This document shows positions 1 to 8,672 of a stretch of DNA of 64,000 nucleotides, one piece after another. The position numbers and the translations under genes are program-made. Source of the stretch: Candidatus Norongarragalina meridionalis (lineage in GTDB: Archaea > Micrarchaeota > Micrarchaeia > Norongarragalinales > Norongarragalinaceae); NCBI GenBank assembly GCA_902384935.1, contig CABMDO010000012.1:1-64000 (forward strand), written 5' to 3'. The notes beneath the pieces were generated by a model. That model did no database searches. It was not told the DNA's origin and saw only the letters and a list, made by a program, of their open reading frames with translations. Each line of letters opens with the position of its first letter. Within the stretch, counting starts at the first letter, position 1.

Positions 1-1030
1 GATGAAGGACTGCTAAAGGGCGGGAGTAACTCTGACTCTCTTAAGGTAGCGTAATACCTCGCCGCTTAATTGGCGGCTTGCATGAATGGCGTAACGAGCG
101 TCCCACTGTCCCTGCTTTGGACCTGGTGAACCTACTACTCAGTGAACATGCTGAGGACACTCAGAGGGAAACGAAGACCCCGTGGAGCTTAACCACAGTC
201 TGCTATTGGAACTCGGTTGACCGATCAAAGCGTAAGCAGTAGCCGCTACGTCCGCCCTTCCGGGGGCGGAATAGGCGAAAGTGTGACACTGCTATTGGTT
301 GACTGCGTTTCTTACCTGAAAGGGAACAGTGGCTGATGGGTGGTTTGACTGGGGCGGTACGCCTTCGATAAGAAAACAAAGGCGCCCAAAGTTCAACTCA
401 AGCCGGTCAGAAATCGGCTGCAGAGGGTCAAAGACAAATGTTGGACTGACTGTGATCCTAACAAAATGGGTCGCAGGCACGAAAGTGGGGCTTAACGAAC
501 AAAGGTGTCCCCCTTAATGGGGGCCCTTTCTGACAGACAAGCTACCCCGGGGGTAACAGGCTCGTCGCGTGCGAGAGTTCATATCGACCACGCGGTTTGG
601 TACATCGCTATCGGCTCAGGACATCCTGGTGGTGCAGGAGCCGCCAAGGGTTGGGTTGTTCATCCATTAAAGTCCTACGTTAGTTGGGTTCAGAACGTTG
701 CGAGACAGTTCGGTGGCATCTTCTGGGTGTGTTTTGCAGTGTGAGGGGAAGGAACTCTAAGTACGAGAGGAACGGGGTTTCGGCGCCACTGGTTTACCTG
801 CTCTCTACAGGGACGCAGGGTAGCTACGCGCCTTCGGATAAGTCCTGAAAGCATCTAAGGACGAAGCCGATCCCGAAACGACGCTGCTTAGGACGCCGGC
901 AAGCAGACCGGTTTGATAGGGCGGATGTGTAAGTACGAAGCCGCAAGGCGACGTATTCAGCTAACCGCCACTAAAGTCCAAACTTTGATTATTCCTACTG
1001 CGCGGGCGGTTTCGCCTGCGCAAGTGAATA
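1..1030 (+). rRNA. rrl: 23S rRNA, 3' ~1 kb (partial; 5' end lies outside the window)
   Basis: Conserved LSU motifs read directly: cttaaggtagcgtaatacctcgccgcttaattggcggcttgcatgaatgg, agaccccgtggagctt, ggttcagaacgttgcgagacagttcggt. The 3' end is estimated by alignment to the bacterial 23S terminus (gtgtaagtacgaagc ... gctaaccgcc), +-40 nt. Confidence 0.85.
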
Positions 1031-1105
1031 GGTTGTCTGACACCTGCACGGCCTGCGTATCGACACCGTCGGCGCACGAGCTAGTTTACTTGGTGATCGG
1101 CTTTC

Positions 1106-1453
1106 GTGTTCTCTAGTCTTTCTAACATTTTCGTTAAAATTGGACTTTTTCTAGTCAACAATCTAAAAATTTCTTCATTTTTTGCGCTAGTTCTTGCTTT
1201 TTTCACTTTTATGTTTATTCATTCCGCCGCTTTTTCTATGATCGGCTTGGGTCTAAACGCAGTCGGTTCATTTGTATTAATCAGTCCTTATCTCGAAGAT
1301 CCCAAAAAATCGGCCTATGCGTATGCTGCTCATATCGGCACAAATCCGCATGCAGAAGAACTTCAAAGGAAACAGAATCGCATCGGCATAACAGGCCTTT
1401 ATTATATTTTTATTGGTTTTCTGTTTCAATTAGCTGCATATCTGCCCCTCTGA
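1106..1453 (+). CDS. hypothetical membrane protein (low-GC island)
   Basis: 115-aa ORF with 3 hydrophobic segments. AT-rich relative to the rest of the window. First gene of a co-directional 3-gene island. Confidence 0.35.
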   Translation: MFSSLSNIFVKIGLFLVNNLKISSFFALVLAFFTFMFIHSAAFSMIGLGLNAVGSFVLISPYLEDPKKSAYAYAAHIGTNPHAEELQRKQNRIGITGLYYIFIGFLFQLAAYLPL

Positions 1454-1517
1454 CCGAGGTATCTCATTTTTTATAAGATCTGGTGGGGTTTTAAACCTAA
1501 GAAAATAAATCAAATTC

Positions 1518-2279
1518 ATGAGACTTCGAAAGATATTTTATTTTATTTATTGGATATTTCTAGTAGTTGCCGTTTTTGTGTCTGCTTTCAGTCCAGAAAA
1601 ATGTTCGCACGTAGCTGCTGTGAACTCTTGTTTGACGAGTGGCGGTCCTTTATGTCTAGCAATGCCATACTATCCTGAAGACGTCTTGCAAAATTTTGTT
1701 TCTAAAAAAGAGTTAGAACTAAATGATGCCTTTTATTACAAAATTCCCGTTTTCTATTCCGGACCGCTACCGATGGAAATTTATGTTACTGTCGTTTCTC
1801 CCAGCGGCGAAATACTTGATAACAATTCATATACTTTGAATACGACCAGTTCCGTTCTAGAACCTAGACTCATTGGAGATACCTTTTCGGCTTTTCAGAT
1901 TCAGGAATCGGGAGTCTATAAAATTATTTTAAATGGAAACTCCGCGCTGTATTTTATTAAGTTAGATAACACAACCTGCGGCTATTACAGCGGTTATGGC
2001 CAAATACTGTATAGTTTCGACGTTCTTTCTAGTTGGGAACGTAATTTCAGAAAAGCAATACGAGAAGCATCCGACACCTCCGTGGCGGCAGCTAACGAAT
2101 CTAGTAATACGCTGAAACAGGTGGCTAATATTCTAGAAAACGTAAAAAGTATTAACGAGCAAATGCTAACTTCTACCAGAAACGTGGAGTCCCTTACGAT
2201 TGTAGTAATTATTTTAACTTTATTCAATGTCCTAGTTGTCTGGATTTTAGAGCGTAGGCGGCGGAGGGGATACGAGTGA
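1518..2279 (+). CDS. hypothetical membrane-anchored extracytoplasmic protein (low-GC island)
   Basis: 253 aa with an N-terminal TM (IFYFIYWIFLVVAVFVSAF), an N-glycosylation-sequon-rich middle, and a C-terminal TM plus RRRRGYE. Low GC. Stop overlaps the next start (GTGA). Confidence 0.45.
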   Translation: MRLRKIFYFIYWIFLVVAVFVSAFSPEKCSHVAAVNSCLTSGGPLCLAMPYYPEDVLQNFVSKKELELNDAFYYKIPVFYSGPLPMEIYVTVVSPSGEILDNNSYTLNTTSSVLEPRLIGDTFSAFQIQESGVYKIILNGNSALYFIKLDNTTCGYYSGYGQILYSFDVLSSWERNFRKAIREASDTSVAAANESSNTLKQVANILENVKSINEQMLTSTRNVESLTIVVIILTLFNVLVVWILERRRRRGYE

Positions 2280-2611
2280 ACGAATTACGCGGAGTTGAAG
2301 ATGCTCTAAAAGACATCGCTAATAACACTAAGGATACTTGGCGAGATTCGGACCGTCGTAAAACGGTTTATCTTCAAGAAGAAATGATTAAACTACAGAT
2401 GGAAACGATTAAACAACAAGGAGAAACGGTTAAACTACAGGCAGAGATGGCTAAACAACAAGGAGAAACGGTTAAACTACAGGCAGAGATGGTTAAACTA
2501 CAAAACAAAACATGGCAAATATACGTTTTCTTGTGTATCCTGACTGCTATTTACGCGTTAGCCGCAGTAGCGCAAGTCTATGTAATGTTGTCTCAACCCA
2601 AAATAGTCTGA
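2276..2611 (+). CDS. coiled-coil protein with C-terminal TM anchor (contains a 14-aa tandem duplication)
   Basis: 111 aa. KQQGETVKLQAEMA/V is repeated twice (42-nt tandem repeat), followed by the hydrophobic tail IYVFLCILTAIYALAAVAQVYVML. GTG start overlapping the upstream stop. Confidence 0.45.
   Translation: MNELRGVEDALKDIANNTKDTWRDSDRRKTVYLQEEMIKLQMETIKQQGETVKLQAEMAKQQGETVKLQAEMVKLQNKTWQIYVFLCILTAIYALAAVAQVYVMLSQPKIV
2411..2494 (+). repeat. perfect 2 x 42-nt tandem repeat inside the coiled-coil ORF
   Basis: aaacaacaaggagaaacggttaaactacaggcagagatgg(c/t)t occurs twice back-to-back (1 mismatch). Coordinates +-2. Confidence 0.8.
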
Positions 2612-2752
2612 GCCTAGCTACGCAGGTTAAAGACGCAATTTGTCCTTGTGCTGGTTCAGAAAGAAGTATCAATCCATCAGCTTACCATCGCTCGTACCGT
2701 GGCGGCTCGTCCTCCTCAAGCAGCCGCTTCCTCTCCTTCTGCTTATGCCCCG

Positions 2753-3787
2753 CTATGGAAACGGACTAGGCGAGGGCGACGGACTGGGCAACGGAGATGC
2801 GCTTGGAGTCGGCGATGGAGAGGGACTCGGAACGGGCAGAATAACGCTGAATACCTCTTTCCATTCGCCCTGATTATTGCAGTAATCCTCTGCCTGAACG
2901 CCGAAGGAACAGTTTGCGCCGGCCGGAGAAAGTCCACTGAATGTGAAGTAGTTTGAAACTGCTAAGCTGTAAATTTGATTGTTTCCAGCGCATTGGTATC
3001 GTGTCCTGTACCACATTCCGCTTGGGTTCGGGCTGGGGTCTACCGCCGGCGCCCACATAAGGAAAACATAATCTTGTCCTATGTTGCTCTCGAGAATATT
3101 CCCCACGACTCCCGGCGGAGTCATGTCAACTCTGGCAATGTTCGAGTCGGGAGCTTCAAAATAACCAGAATCTCCATAATAGCAGCGTATGTTCCACAAA
3201 TAATTTGCCTCTGTAGAGAACGAGTAAGTGATGTGGTTTTCCTGGCCGTTCAGGATTTCCGAGGTGTTCCATTTGGTAACAGCCATGCTGCCCGTTTCGT
3301 TTGTAATCAATGAGCAGTTCCTAACCGTTATCCCATTGAAATAAGGAATGAACGAAAACACCTTGAACAAAGATGCGCACTCTCCGTATCCGAGTAGTGA
3401 AAGAGTGGGTTGAGCTGTGGGAGATGGGCTAATTATCGGACTAGGCGAAGGCGATGGAGACGGAATTACCGTTGGCGTAGGCGTTGGGGATGGCGACGGA
3501 CTCGATGAGGACGAAGGCGTCGGGGAAGGATTGGGTGAAGAAACTGGTAGTGGCGAGGGACTTGGTGACGAAGCGACGGATGGAGCAACAGATGCGGCGG
3601 GACTGGGAGATGCTAACGGCGCCGTTGTTGACTTGACTGTTGGTTGTACGCTAATCGTGGCTTGAAGCGAAGGTCCCGCGTCCACGGACGGAATGTCCGA
3701 AGATTCCACCACGGCTCCGGTTTTCTCGATACAACCAAAGAGCGCTAACGATAAAACGATTGTGAGAATCGCGAACTTGTTTTTCAT
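2753..3787 (-). CDS. secreted lipoprotein-type surface protein with Pro/Ser/Thr linkers
   Basis: 344 aa. N-terminus MKNKFAILTIVLSLALFGC (signal plus Cys lipobox-like). Long PSPSPSP/PTPTP linkers at both ends. Cys-containing globular core (YRTRYQCAGNN...). Confidence 0.6.
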   Translation of the reverse strand: MKNKFAILTIVLSLALFGCIEKTGAVVESSDIPSVDAGPSLQATISVQPTVKSTTAPLASPSPAASVAPSVASSPSPSPLPVSSPNPSPTPSSSSSPSPSPTPTPTVIPSPSPSPSPIISPSPTAQPTLSLLGYGECASLFKVFSFIPYFNGITVRNCSLITNETGSMAVTKWNTSEILNGQENHITYSFSTEANYLWNIRCYYGDSGYFEAPDSNIARVDMTPPGVVGNILESNIGQDYVFLMWAPAVDPSPNPSGMWYRTRYQCAGNNQIYSLAVSNYFTFSGLSPAGANCSFGVQAEDYCNNQGEWKEVFSVILPVPSPSPSPTPSASPLPSPSPSPSPFP

Positions 3788-3800
3788 TCAAATCACCGTT

Positions 3801-4358
3801 TCAATGCCTGCTTCTCGTCTTCGCAACCGTCGCGACTGGACGCGAAACCTTGTCTTTCCAAAGCGATCCCGTTAAAATCGTGTTGTTGTAAAGTATTCCC
3901 GCAGGGAACGACTGACGATAGTCACCGTATGCGTTCTGGTACGCAATGTAATGATATGCGACCCAGAGGCCGTCCATCAACCCGGTGTAGTCGCCCAAGT
4001 CCGTGAGGGTACCTGGATCCCAGTACTTGTTGCAATAATCTCCCAGCGTCATGTGGCCATAGCAGAAATCGCCAGGTTGCCACGGTCCGCAGCTTGGTCC
4101 CTTGAGGAGCTGGACGTTAATTCGGTGCAGAAGTATGAACTCCGTATAGAACTTGACGGTTTTGACGCAATAAATGCCGTTGTGAACTATGACCGCAGAG
4201 CCGCCTGCGTTAGGGATGAGATCGCTGATGGCGCAGGAATTGAAGGACATGTTTGTGGCGCTTCCCATGTTGTACGTTGCGAAGCACGGAACCGTAGTCA
4301 ACGCCGCAACACCCGCCGCAACGAACGCCAAACCAAGCAAAACAAAGCTAAATTTCAT
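3801..4358 (-). CDS. secreted Cys-rich protein
   Basis: Start taken at the internal Met MKFSFVLLGLAFVAAGVAALTT (signal peptide). The longer ORF-track N-terminus is Arg-rich junk. 6+ Cys and Tyr/Gly/Asp-rich C-terminal half. Confidence 0.5.
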   Translation of the reverse strand: MKFSFVLLGLAFVAAGVAALTTVPCFATYNMGSATNMSFNSCAISDLIPNAGGSAVIVHNGIYCVKTVKFYTEFILLHRINVQLLKGPSCGPWQPGDFCYGHMTLGDYCNKYWDPGTLTDLGDYTGLMDGLWVAYHYIAYQNAYGDYRQSFPAGILYNNTILTGSLWKDKVSRPVATVAKTRSRH

Positions 4359-4436
4359 CGAATCATCCCCAGATATTCGGGAGACTTCGGCGTTTAAATG
4401 TTGTCTGTGCGGGCGTAGTTTGGGTAGCGAGCGCAC

Positions 4437-4799
4437 CTAGGCGCCGCCCTTCCAGTGCGGCGGTTCTTCCTCCTCAAGAAGCGCCTTCCTCTCCTTCTCC
4501 TTCCGCTTCTTCCACGCCAGGTATCCTGCGACTGCGAGGACGCCAAACACCGCCGCGCCAAGGGTTATGATTTTGCCGTTCTCGCTTCGCGCGTAGGCGC
4601 CCTTCCAGACGCACATGCAGTAGTCGGGCGATTCTTTGTCAAGAACAAGCTCCATGGAACCGCATTCCTCCTGAATCTTCGGGCAGTAAAGCGAGCAGCT
4701 GGTTTCGTTGACTAAGGCGAACTCGTTCGGCGACGGAGGGCATGTCGCCGCGGCTGCGAACGAGGCGAAAAGCAGGAACGCGAAAACGCCGGCCTTCAT
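4437..4799 (-). CDS. small secreted, C-terminally membrane-anchored Cys protein
   Basis: 120 aa. Signal MKAGVFAFLLFASFAAAATC, 6 Cys, a TM (AAVFGVLAVAGYLAW), and a KKRKEKERK...EEEEPPHWKGGA tail. ATGA overlap with the upstream gene. Confidence 0.5.
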   Translation of the reverse strand: MKAGVFAFLLFASFAAAATCPPSPNEFALVNETSCSLYCPKIQEECGSMELVLDKESPDYCMCVWKGAYARSENGKIITLGAAVFGVLAVAGYLAWKKRKEKERKALLEEEEPPHWKGGA

Positions 4800-4800
4800 T

Positions 4801-5223
4801 TCATTCCCCGACGTCCTTTCTTACGGCCCTGCTGCTCGCTTCGCCGCCGAGCATTTTGGCGCCTTTTGCCCTCAGAGCATCACCGAGTTTGGCGAGTATT
4901 TTCCTGCCGTGCTCGTTCTTGGAAACGAGCGTGAAGTAAACGGGTCTGAACGAGTCGGATTCCCTGAATCCTGGCACGAAGAAGCTCATCGTTTCGATGT
5001 GGTTCTCGATTTCGAAGTGTTCCTCCAGAATCCTGTTGATTTTTGAGATCTCGTTAAGCATTCTTATTGTCTGGGCGGCGATGCGATGCCGGGGATCCGA
5101 CGTGTCCTTCGGAACGGGAAAATACATGTGGATGCCGGGGTTTTCGCCGCCAAATTCCACGAAGTGATGCAGCCCCCTCCCGATTATTTCCTTCGCGGCG
5201 GCTTCGTGGGCGTTCTCTCGCAT
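4801..5223 (-). CDS. hypothetical protein, paralog A of 6167..6640
   Basis: Aligns with the 6167..6640 product (RGLHHFVEFGG..MYFP vs RGLDHFVVEGG..LYFP; LAKLGDALRAKGAKML vs LGRLSKALEKAGVRKM). Start set at the Met where the alignment begins. Confidence 0.5.
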   Translation of the reverse strand: MRENAHEAAAKEIIGRGLHHFVEFGGENPGIHMYFPVPKDTSDPRHRIAAQTIRMLNEISKINRILEEHFEIENHIETMSFFVPGFRESDSFRPVYFTLVSKNEHGRKILAKLGDALRAKGAKMLGGEASSRAVRKDVGE

Positions 5224-5370
5224 AAGCAGACGTAATAGGCGCCGCCATATATTTGTTTTTCTAGGGATCGGGAGAGATAATATAAACAGCCCGCGGTTGC
5301 CCGTTCCGGAGCCGAGCAAACGCGTGGAAGCAATCGCAAGAAGAACGCCGAGGCGGTTTAAAAATATGCG

Positions 5371-5772
5371 TCAGTCGCGCGATTCAATCGTTATCCCGCC
5401 TTCCAGGAAGCAGATTCGGTGCTCGTCGAAGATTCCCTTCCTGCCGAGTATTACCCTGTCCAGTTTGTGCTTCGGAAGCAGGACTTCCACCTCGCAGATA
5501 ACCGGTTTTCCAACAACGTCCAGATTTACCGCGGCGGTGTAGCCGCTGATGCACTCGTCCCCGCATATTCCCGTGGAGTTCTTGGGCTCGCCGCCGAGCC
5601 GTATGCCCAGCATTTCGACAAGTTCGTACGGGAATATCGAGTTGTCCGCGCCGGAGTCGAGCAGCCCTTCGAGCTGGATTTGCCGTCCGTCCCTTCCTTC
5701 CGCCTTGAAGGCTATTACGGGGCGTTTGGTTCCATCCTCGACCCTGTACGGGAAAAAAACTTTAGCCAACAC
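5371..5772 (-). CDS. retropepsin-like aspartic protease (clan AA)
   Basis: Catalytic motif LLDSGADNSIFP with the GRKG/ILGR flap-like region. ~130-aa single domain. Probable GTG/TTG start, since the upstream part of the ORF is Arg/Gln junk. Confidence 0.55.
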   Translation of the reverse strand: MLAKVFFPYRVEDGTKRPVIAFKAEGRDGRQIQLEGLLDSGADNSIFPYELVEMLGIRLGGEPKNSTGICGDECISGYTAAVNLDVVGKPVICEVEVLLPKHKLDRVILGRKGIFDEHRICFLEGGITIESRD

Positions 5773-5780
5773 AAAGCCCC

Positions 5781-6101
5781 TCAGTAAAGGCAGACGGTGT
5801 CCATTTTTCTCGGAATCTTGGTGAGGAGCACGCTTTCCATGCCGACCTTCCCGACAAGCGAGCTCAGCTTCGCGCCGCTTTCCAAAACGCCCATTTTGCT
5901 GCCTTTCATGCCGACGGCTATCCACTTGCCCTTGTTTTGTTCCAGAAATCGGGGGTTTTCCGAGAGCCACCTGCTGGCTTCCCTGTAGTCGAATTGCCCG
6001 TTTTTGCCGTCCTTCATAACTGGTTCAGCCGGCGTCCGTATATATACGCTGCGCTCCGATTCGTCGTTTGTTGCCATGACGCCTTCATCGCGCCGCCGCA
6101 T
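5781..6101 (-). CDS. small protein with antitoxin-like signature (DUF5678-like; start possibly at 6077)
   Basis: RWLSENPRFLEQNKGKWIAV resembles the WL.EN...L...Y.GKWVA signature of small archaeal DUF5678-type proteins. Lies immediately upstream of the retropepsin-like gene. Confidence 0.4.
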   Translation of the reverse strand: MRRRDEGVMATNDESERSVYIRTPAEPVMKDGKNGQFDYREASRWLSENPRFLEQNKGKWIAVGMKGSKMGVLESGAKLSSLVGKVGMESVLLTKIPRKMDTVCLY

Positions 6102-6166
6102 TTAAGCCCGCCTAGACGCCTTCCTTCCAGTGCGGCGGTTCCTCTATGGAGCGAAAAAGCCGCGCT

Positions 6167-6640
6167 TCATCTATTTCCGCCCTTCGCCTTCCTCTTCGGC
6201 AATCCCTCGAGGAAGTCCTCGACTGCCCGCCGCCGCTCCTCGTCCCCGGCGCGCTTGATTTCCTCGTCGCGCGCTATCGCCCTGACGCCCTGCGTGGGGT
6301 TCATCTTCCGCACGCCGGCTTTCTCCAGCGCCTTGCTAAGCCGTCCGAGCAGTTCGCTTCCTCTCGGCGTAGCCGCGCTCAGCACCCCGTAAACCGGATG
6401 TTCGTCCTCCTTGTAGCCGAAGCGCACGATTCCCGCGTCGACGTGGTTGTCCGCCTCGAAGAAGCGGTCCAGCATCTCCTTGGCTTCGATTGTCATGGCG
6501 CGCGCCCGCGCCTCCTGGTCGCCGACGAGCGCGGGGAAATAGAGCTGGAGCGTGCCGCCTTCCACGACGAAGTGGTCCAAGCCGCGTTCCACGAGACGTT
6601 TGGCGACGCTTTCCATGAGAAACGTAATAAACTTCCGCAT
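6167..6640 (-). CDS. hypothetical protein, paralog B of 4801..5223
   Basis: See paralog A. The C-terminus KRKAKGGNR plus an out-of-frame tail (..EEPPHWKEGV) looks like a fused remnant of a 4437-type gene. Confidence 0.5.
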   Translation of the reverse strand: MRKFITFLMESVAKRLVERGLDHFVVEGGTLQLYFPALVGDQEARARAMTIEAKEMLDRFFEADNHVDAGIVRFGYKEDEHPVYGVLSAATPRGSELLGRLSKALEKAGVRKMNPTQGVRAIARDEEIKRAGDEERRRAVEDFLEGLPKRKAKGGNR

Positions 6641-6653
6641 ATATCTGCTTTTC

Positions 6654-7508
6654 ATGAAGATGACCGCCATCGGAAGGATACGTGACATCCCGAAATGGGC
6701 TCACCGCGGTGGTTTCGATCGTTTGTCCCCTGCCGAAAGACGGGAAGTTGTGGACGGCTACCGCATCGCGGTCGAGACGTTCGGCAGGCCGCGTTCCAAA
6801 GAGGAGGCGGCGGCGCAGGTCCGTGACCTGCTCAGCGCAACAGTGTTCCACTCCGTCTCTAAAAAACTCGTTATTTCGCCCTCGATTCCGAGGAAAAAGA
6901 CGCCGGATTTCCGCCGCAGGCTGTCCAAGGCGGTTTTCTCGCCTCGCGGCAAATTCGGTCCCGGCGGGACCGCATCGTCGAGCGGGCGAATACGGCTTTA
7001 TGATTTTACCGCGCCCACCGCCGCGCACGAGGGGGCGCACATCATCCTTCGCAACTATCTGGGCGAGCACGAGTTCCGGCCGCTTGCAACGGCAATCGAC
7101 GAGCTCGTGAGCTACCAACGGGACGAATTTTTCTCCTACCTTCCCTACGAGCTTTATTTGAAGAACAGCGTCGTCAGAAATCCCAGCAAATACGCAATAC
7201 AGCATTCGTCGGAAACCGGCAAAAAAAGAAAAGCGTACGCCGTCGGCAGGGGGATAGCGCTCGACGCCATTGAAATTCTGGAAGAACTGGGCGAGAACGG
7301 CAGGTACGCGCCCTACAATCTGGCGTACAAGTACGTCGGTTATCTGGCGAAGGGGCAGTCGCCGGCGCAGGCGCGGATCAGCGTGTTCTGGGATTTCGTA
7401 AAAGCGTTTCCCGACTCGCCGAAGGTTCGCGAGTACGTGCTGCCCGAAGTCGAACGAAGCAGCAAACTGCTCGCTGCGGTGGACCGCGAGCTGAAAAGGA
7501 AGCACTAG
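6654..7508 (+). CDS. hypothetical protein with an HEXXH zinc-peptidase-like motif
   Basis: Start at MKMTAIGRIRD, preceded by cgtaataaac/catatatc TATA-like elements. Motif AAHEGAHIILRNYLGEHEF. The opposite-strand 389-aa ORF is an Arg-rich artefact. Confidence 0.45.
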   Translation: MKMTAIGRIRDIPKWAHRGGFDRLSPAERREVVDGYRIAVETFGRPRSKEEAAAQVRDLLSATVFHSVSKKLVISPSIPRKKTPDFRRRLSKAVFSPRGKFGPGGTASSSGRIRLYDFTAPTAAHEGAHIILRNYLGEHEFRPLATAIDELVSYQRDEFFSYLPYELYLKNSVVRNPSKYAIQHSSETGKKRKAYAVGRGIALDAIEILEELGENGRYAPYNLAYKYVGYLAKGQSPAQARISVFWDFVKAFPDSPKVREYVLPEVERSSKLLAAVDRELKRKH

Positions 7509-7523
7509 TTATCCGCAAGCCTA

Positions 7524-7700
7524 TCAGCAGCGCTTGAAATCCGGCTTTCCGCAGTAGCAAACGGGTGCGCCGTTGTCGAACGCGTGCTTCGAGCAAACGG
7601 GGCGTCCGCAGGACGCGCAACGCCAGAACGCGGGCTGTTTGCAGAGTTCGCCGTCCTCGTCCTTTCCGTCGCAGTAAACGACTTTTTTATCCGATGTCAT
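7524..7700 (-). CDS. small Cys-rich zinc-ribbon protein
   Basis: MTSDKKVVYCDGKDEDGELCKQPAFWRCASCGRPVCSKHAFDNGAPVCYCGKPDFKRC (8 Cys). The upstream part of the ORF is His/Gly junk. Confidence 0.4.
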   Translation of the reverse strand: MTSDKKVVYCDGKDEDGELCKQPAFWRCASCGRPVCSKHAFDNGAPVCYCGKPDFKRC

Positions 7701-8032
7701 GAATTCTTCTCCTCCTTCGGCTTGGTCCACTTTCCTATGAAGTAAATCGCGGTGACCGCCATGACTGTAACCAGCACCGCCGCTATCATCTCGTACTGCC
7801 ATATGCCCGTAGTGGGTATGTACGTCTTTATCATGTCGCTGATGGCGCTCTGCCAAAAAAGCGCCGCAACCACTCCGAACGCCGTGGTGACAATGGTAAG
7901 CGTGCGCTCACGGAACGTGCGCTGGAATTCGGCGGCTGCCACCTTCCTCTCGCGCGCCGCATCCTCCTCGCGCGCTTTCAGGCGGCGCGCTCGCTCCCAC
8001 AATTCCCTGGGTATCGGCGGTCTCATGTTCAA
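7697..8032 (-). CDS. small membrane protein
   Basis: 111 aa with two TM helices (LTIVTTAFGVVAALFW; MIAAVLVTVMAVTAIYFIG). ATGA overlap with the downstream gene. Confidence 0.45.
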   Translation of the reverse strand: MNMRPPIPRELWERARRLKAREEDAARERKVAAAEFQRTFRERTLTIVTTAFGVVAALFWQSAISDMIKTYIPTTGIWQYEMIAAVLVTVMAVTAIYFIGKWTKPKEEKNS

Positions 8033-8070
8033 AGGAAGTGCTTGCGGGTTTATTAAATATTCAGAGTCTC

Positions 8071-8640
8071 TTACCCGCGGCTTATCTCGTACGTAAACTC
8101 GCCTTCCTCGTGCTTCGCTCCTGCGAGCTTCGCCGCCTTTCTGATTTCCCCTTCGATGGGCGCCGTTTTCGCCATGTCCTCGACCGACCTGTACGGCAGG
8201 TCGCGGATTACCGCTTTCGAAATGAATAGCTTGTATCCGTTTTCCATGACTATCGTCCTTATCAGGTGCTCCAGCGCCCGCTGCCTCCAGCCGCTGTATT
8301 TCCTCGCGAGCGTCGGGGAAAGGAATCCCGCGCCGTTCCCTTTCTTGAAGTGCGATTGGGCTATTTGCAGGACCGCCAAATCGCCCTTTGAGGTGAGCGT
8401 CACCCTGACGGTTCCGACGGCGCCGGGATAATCCTTCGAAGGTCCGCCCGGCTTCAAGCCGGTAATCGCCTTCAGGAAAGCCTCCTCGTGCTCGGGTTTC
8501 GGGTAAACGACTATGTCGAACCAGTTCCCCCTTTCGGGCGCGTACGGCATCACCACAGTCATCTTCGGGCTTTCGAGCACGCGATAGGCGGTTTTCCTGA
8601 TTCTTTCGAGGTTGGGCGCCATATTCCGATATGGGCGCAA
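8071..8640 (-). CDS. hypothetical protein
   Basis: 189-aa ORF with ordinary composition and no recognisable motif. Confidence 0.45.
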   Translation of the reverse strand: MRPYRNMAPNLERIRKTAYRVLESPKMTVVMPYAPERGNWFDIVVYPKPEHEEAFLKAITGLKPGGPSKDYPGAVGTVRVTLTSKGDLAVLQIAQSHFKKGNGAGFLSPTLARKYSGWRQRALEHLIRTIVMENGYKLFISKAVIRDLPYRSVEDMAKTAPIEGEIRKAAKLAGAKHEEGEFTYEISRG

Positions 8641-8656
8641 TGCATTAAATATATAC
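8641..8656 (+). promoter_or_regulatory. TATA/BRE-like promoter element upstream of 8673
   Basis: gcattaaatatatacg lies ~20-30 nt upstream of the ATG. Confidence 0.4.
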
Positions 8657-8672
8657 GCGCGGTTCCATTTTC

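Noticed and set aside
1030-1500. 5S rRNA downstream of 23S
   Set aside because: No 5S-like sequence or structure is present. The region is an AT-rich coding island instead.
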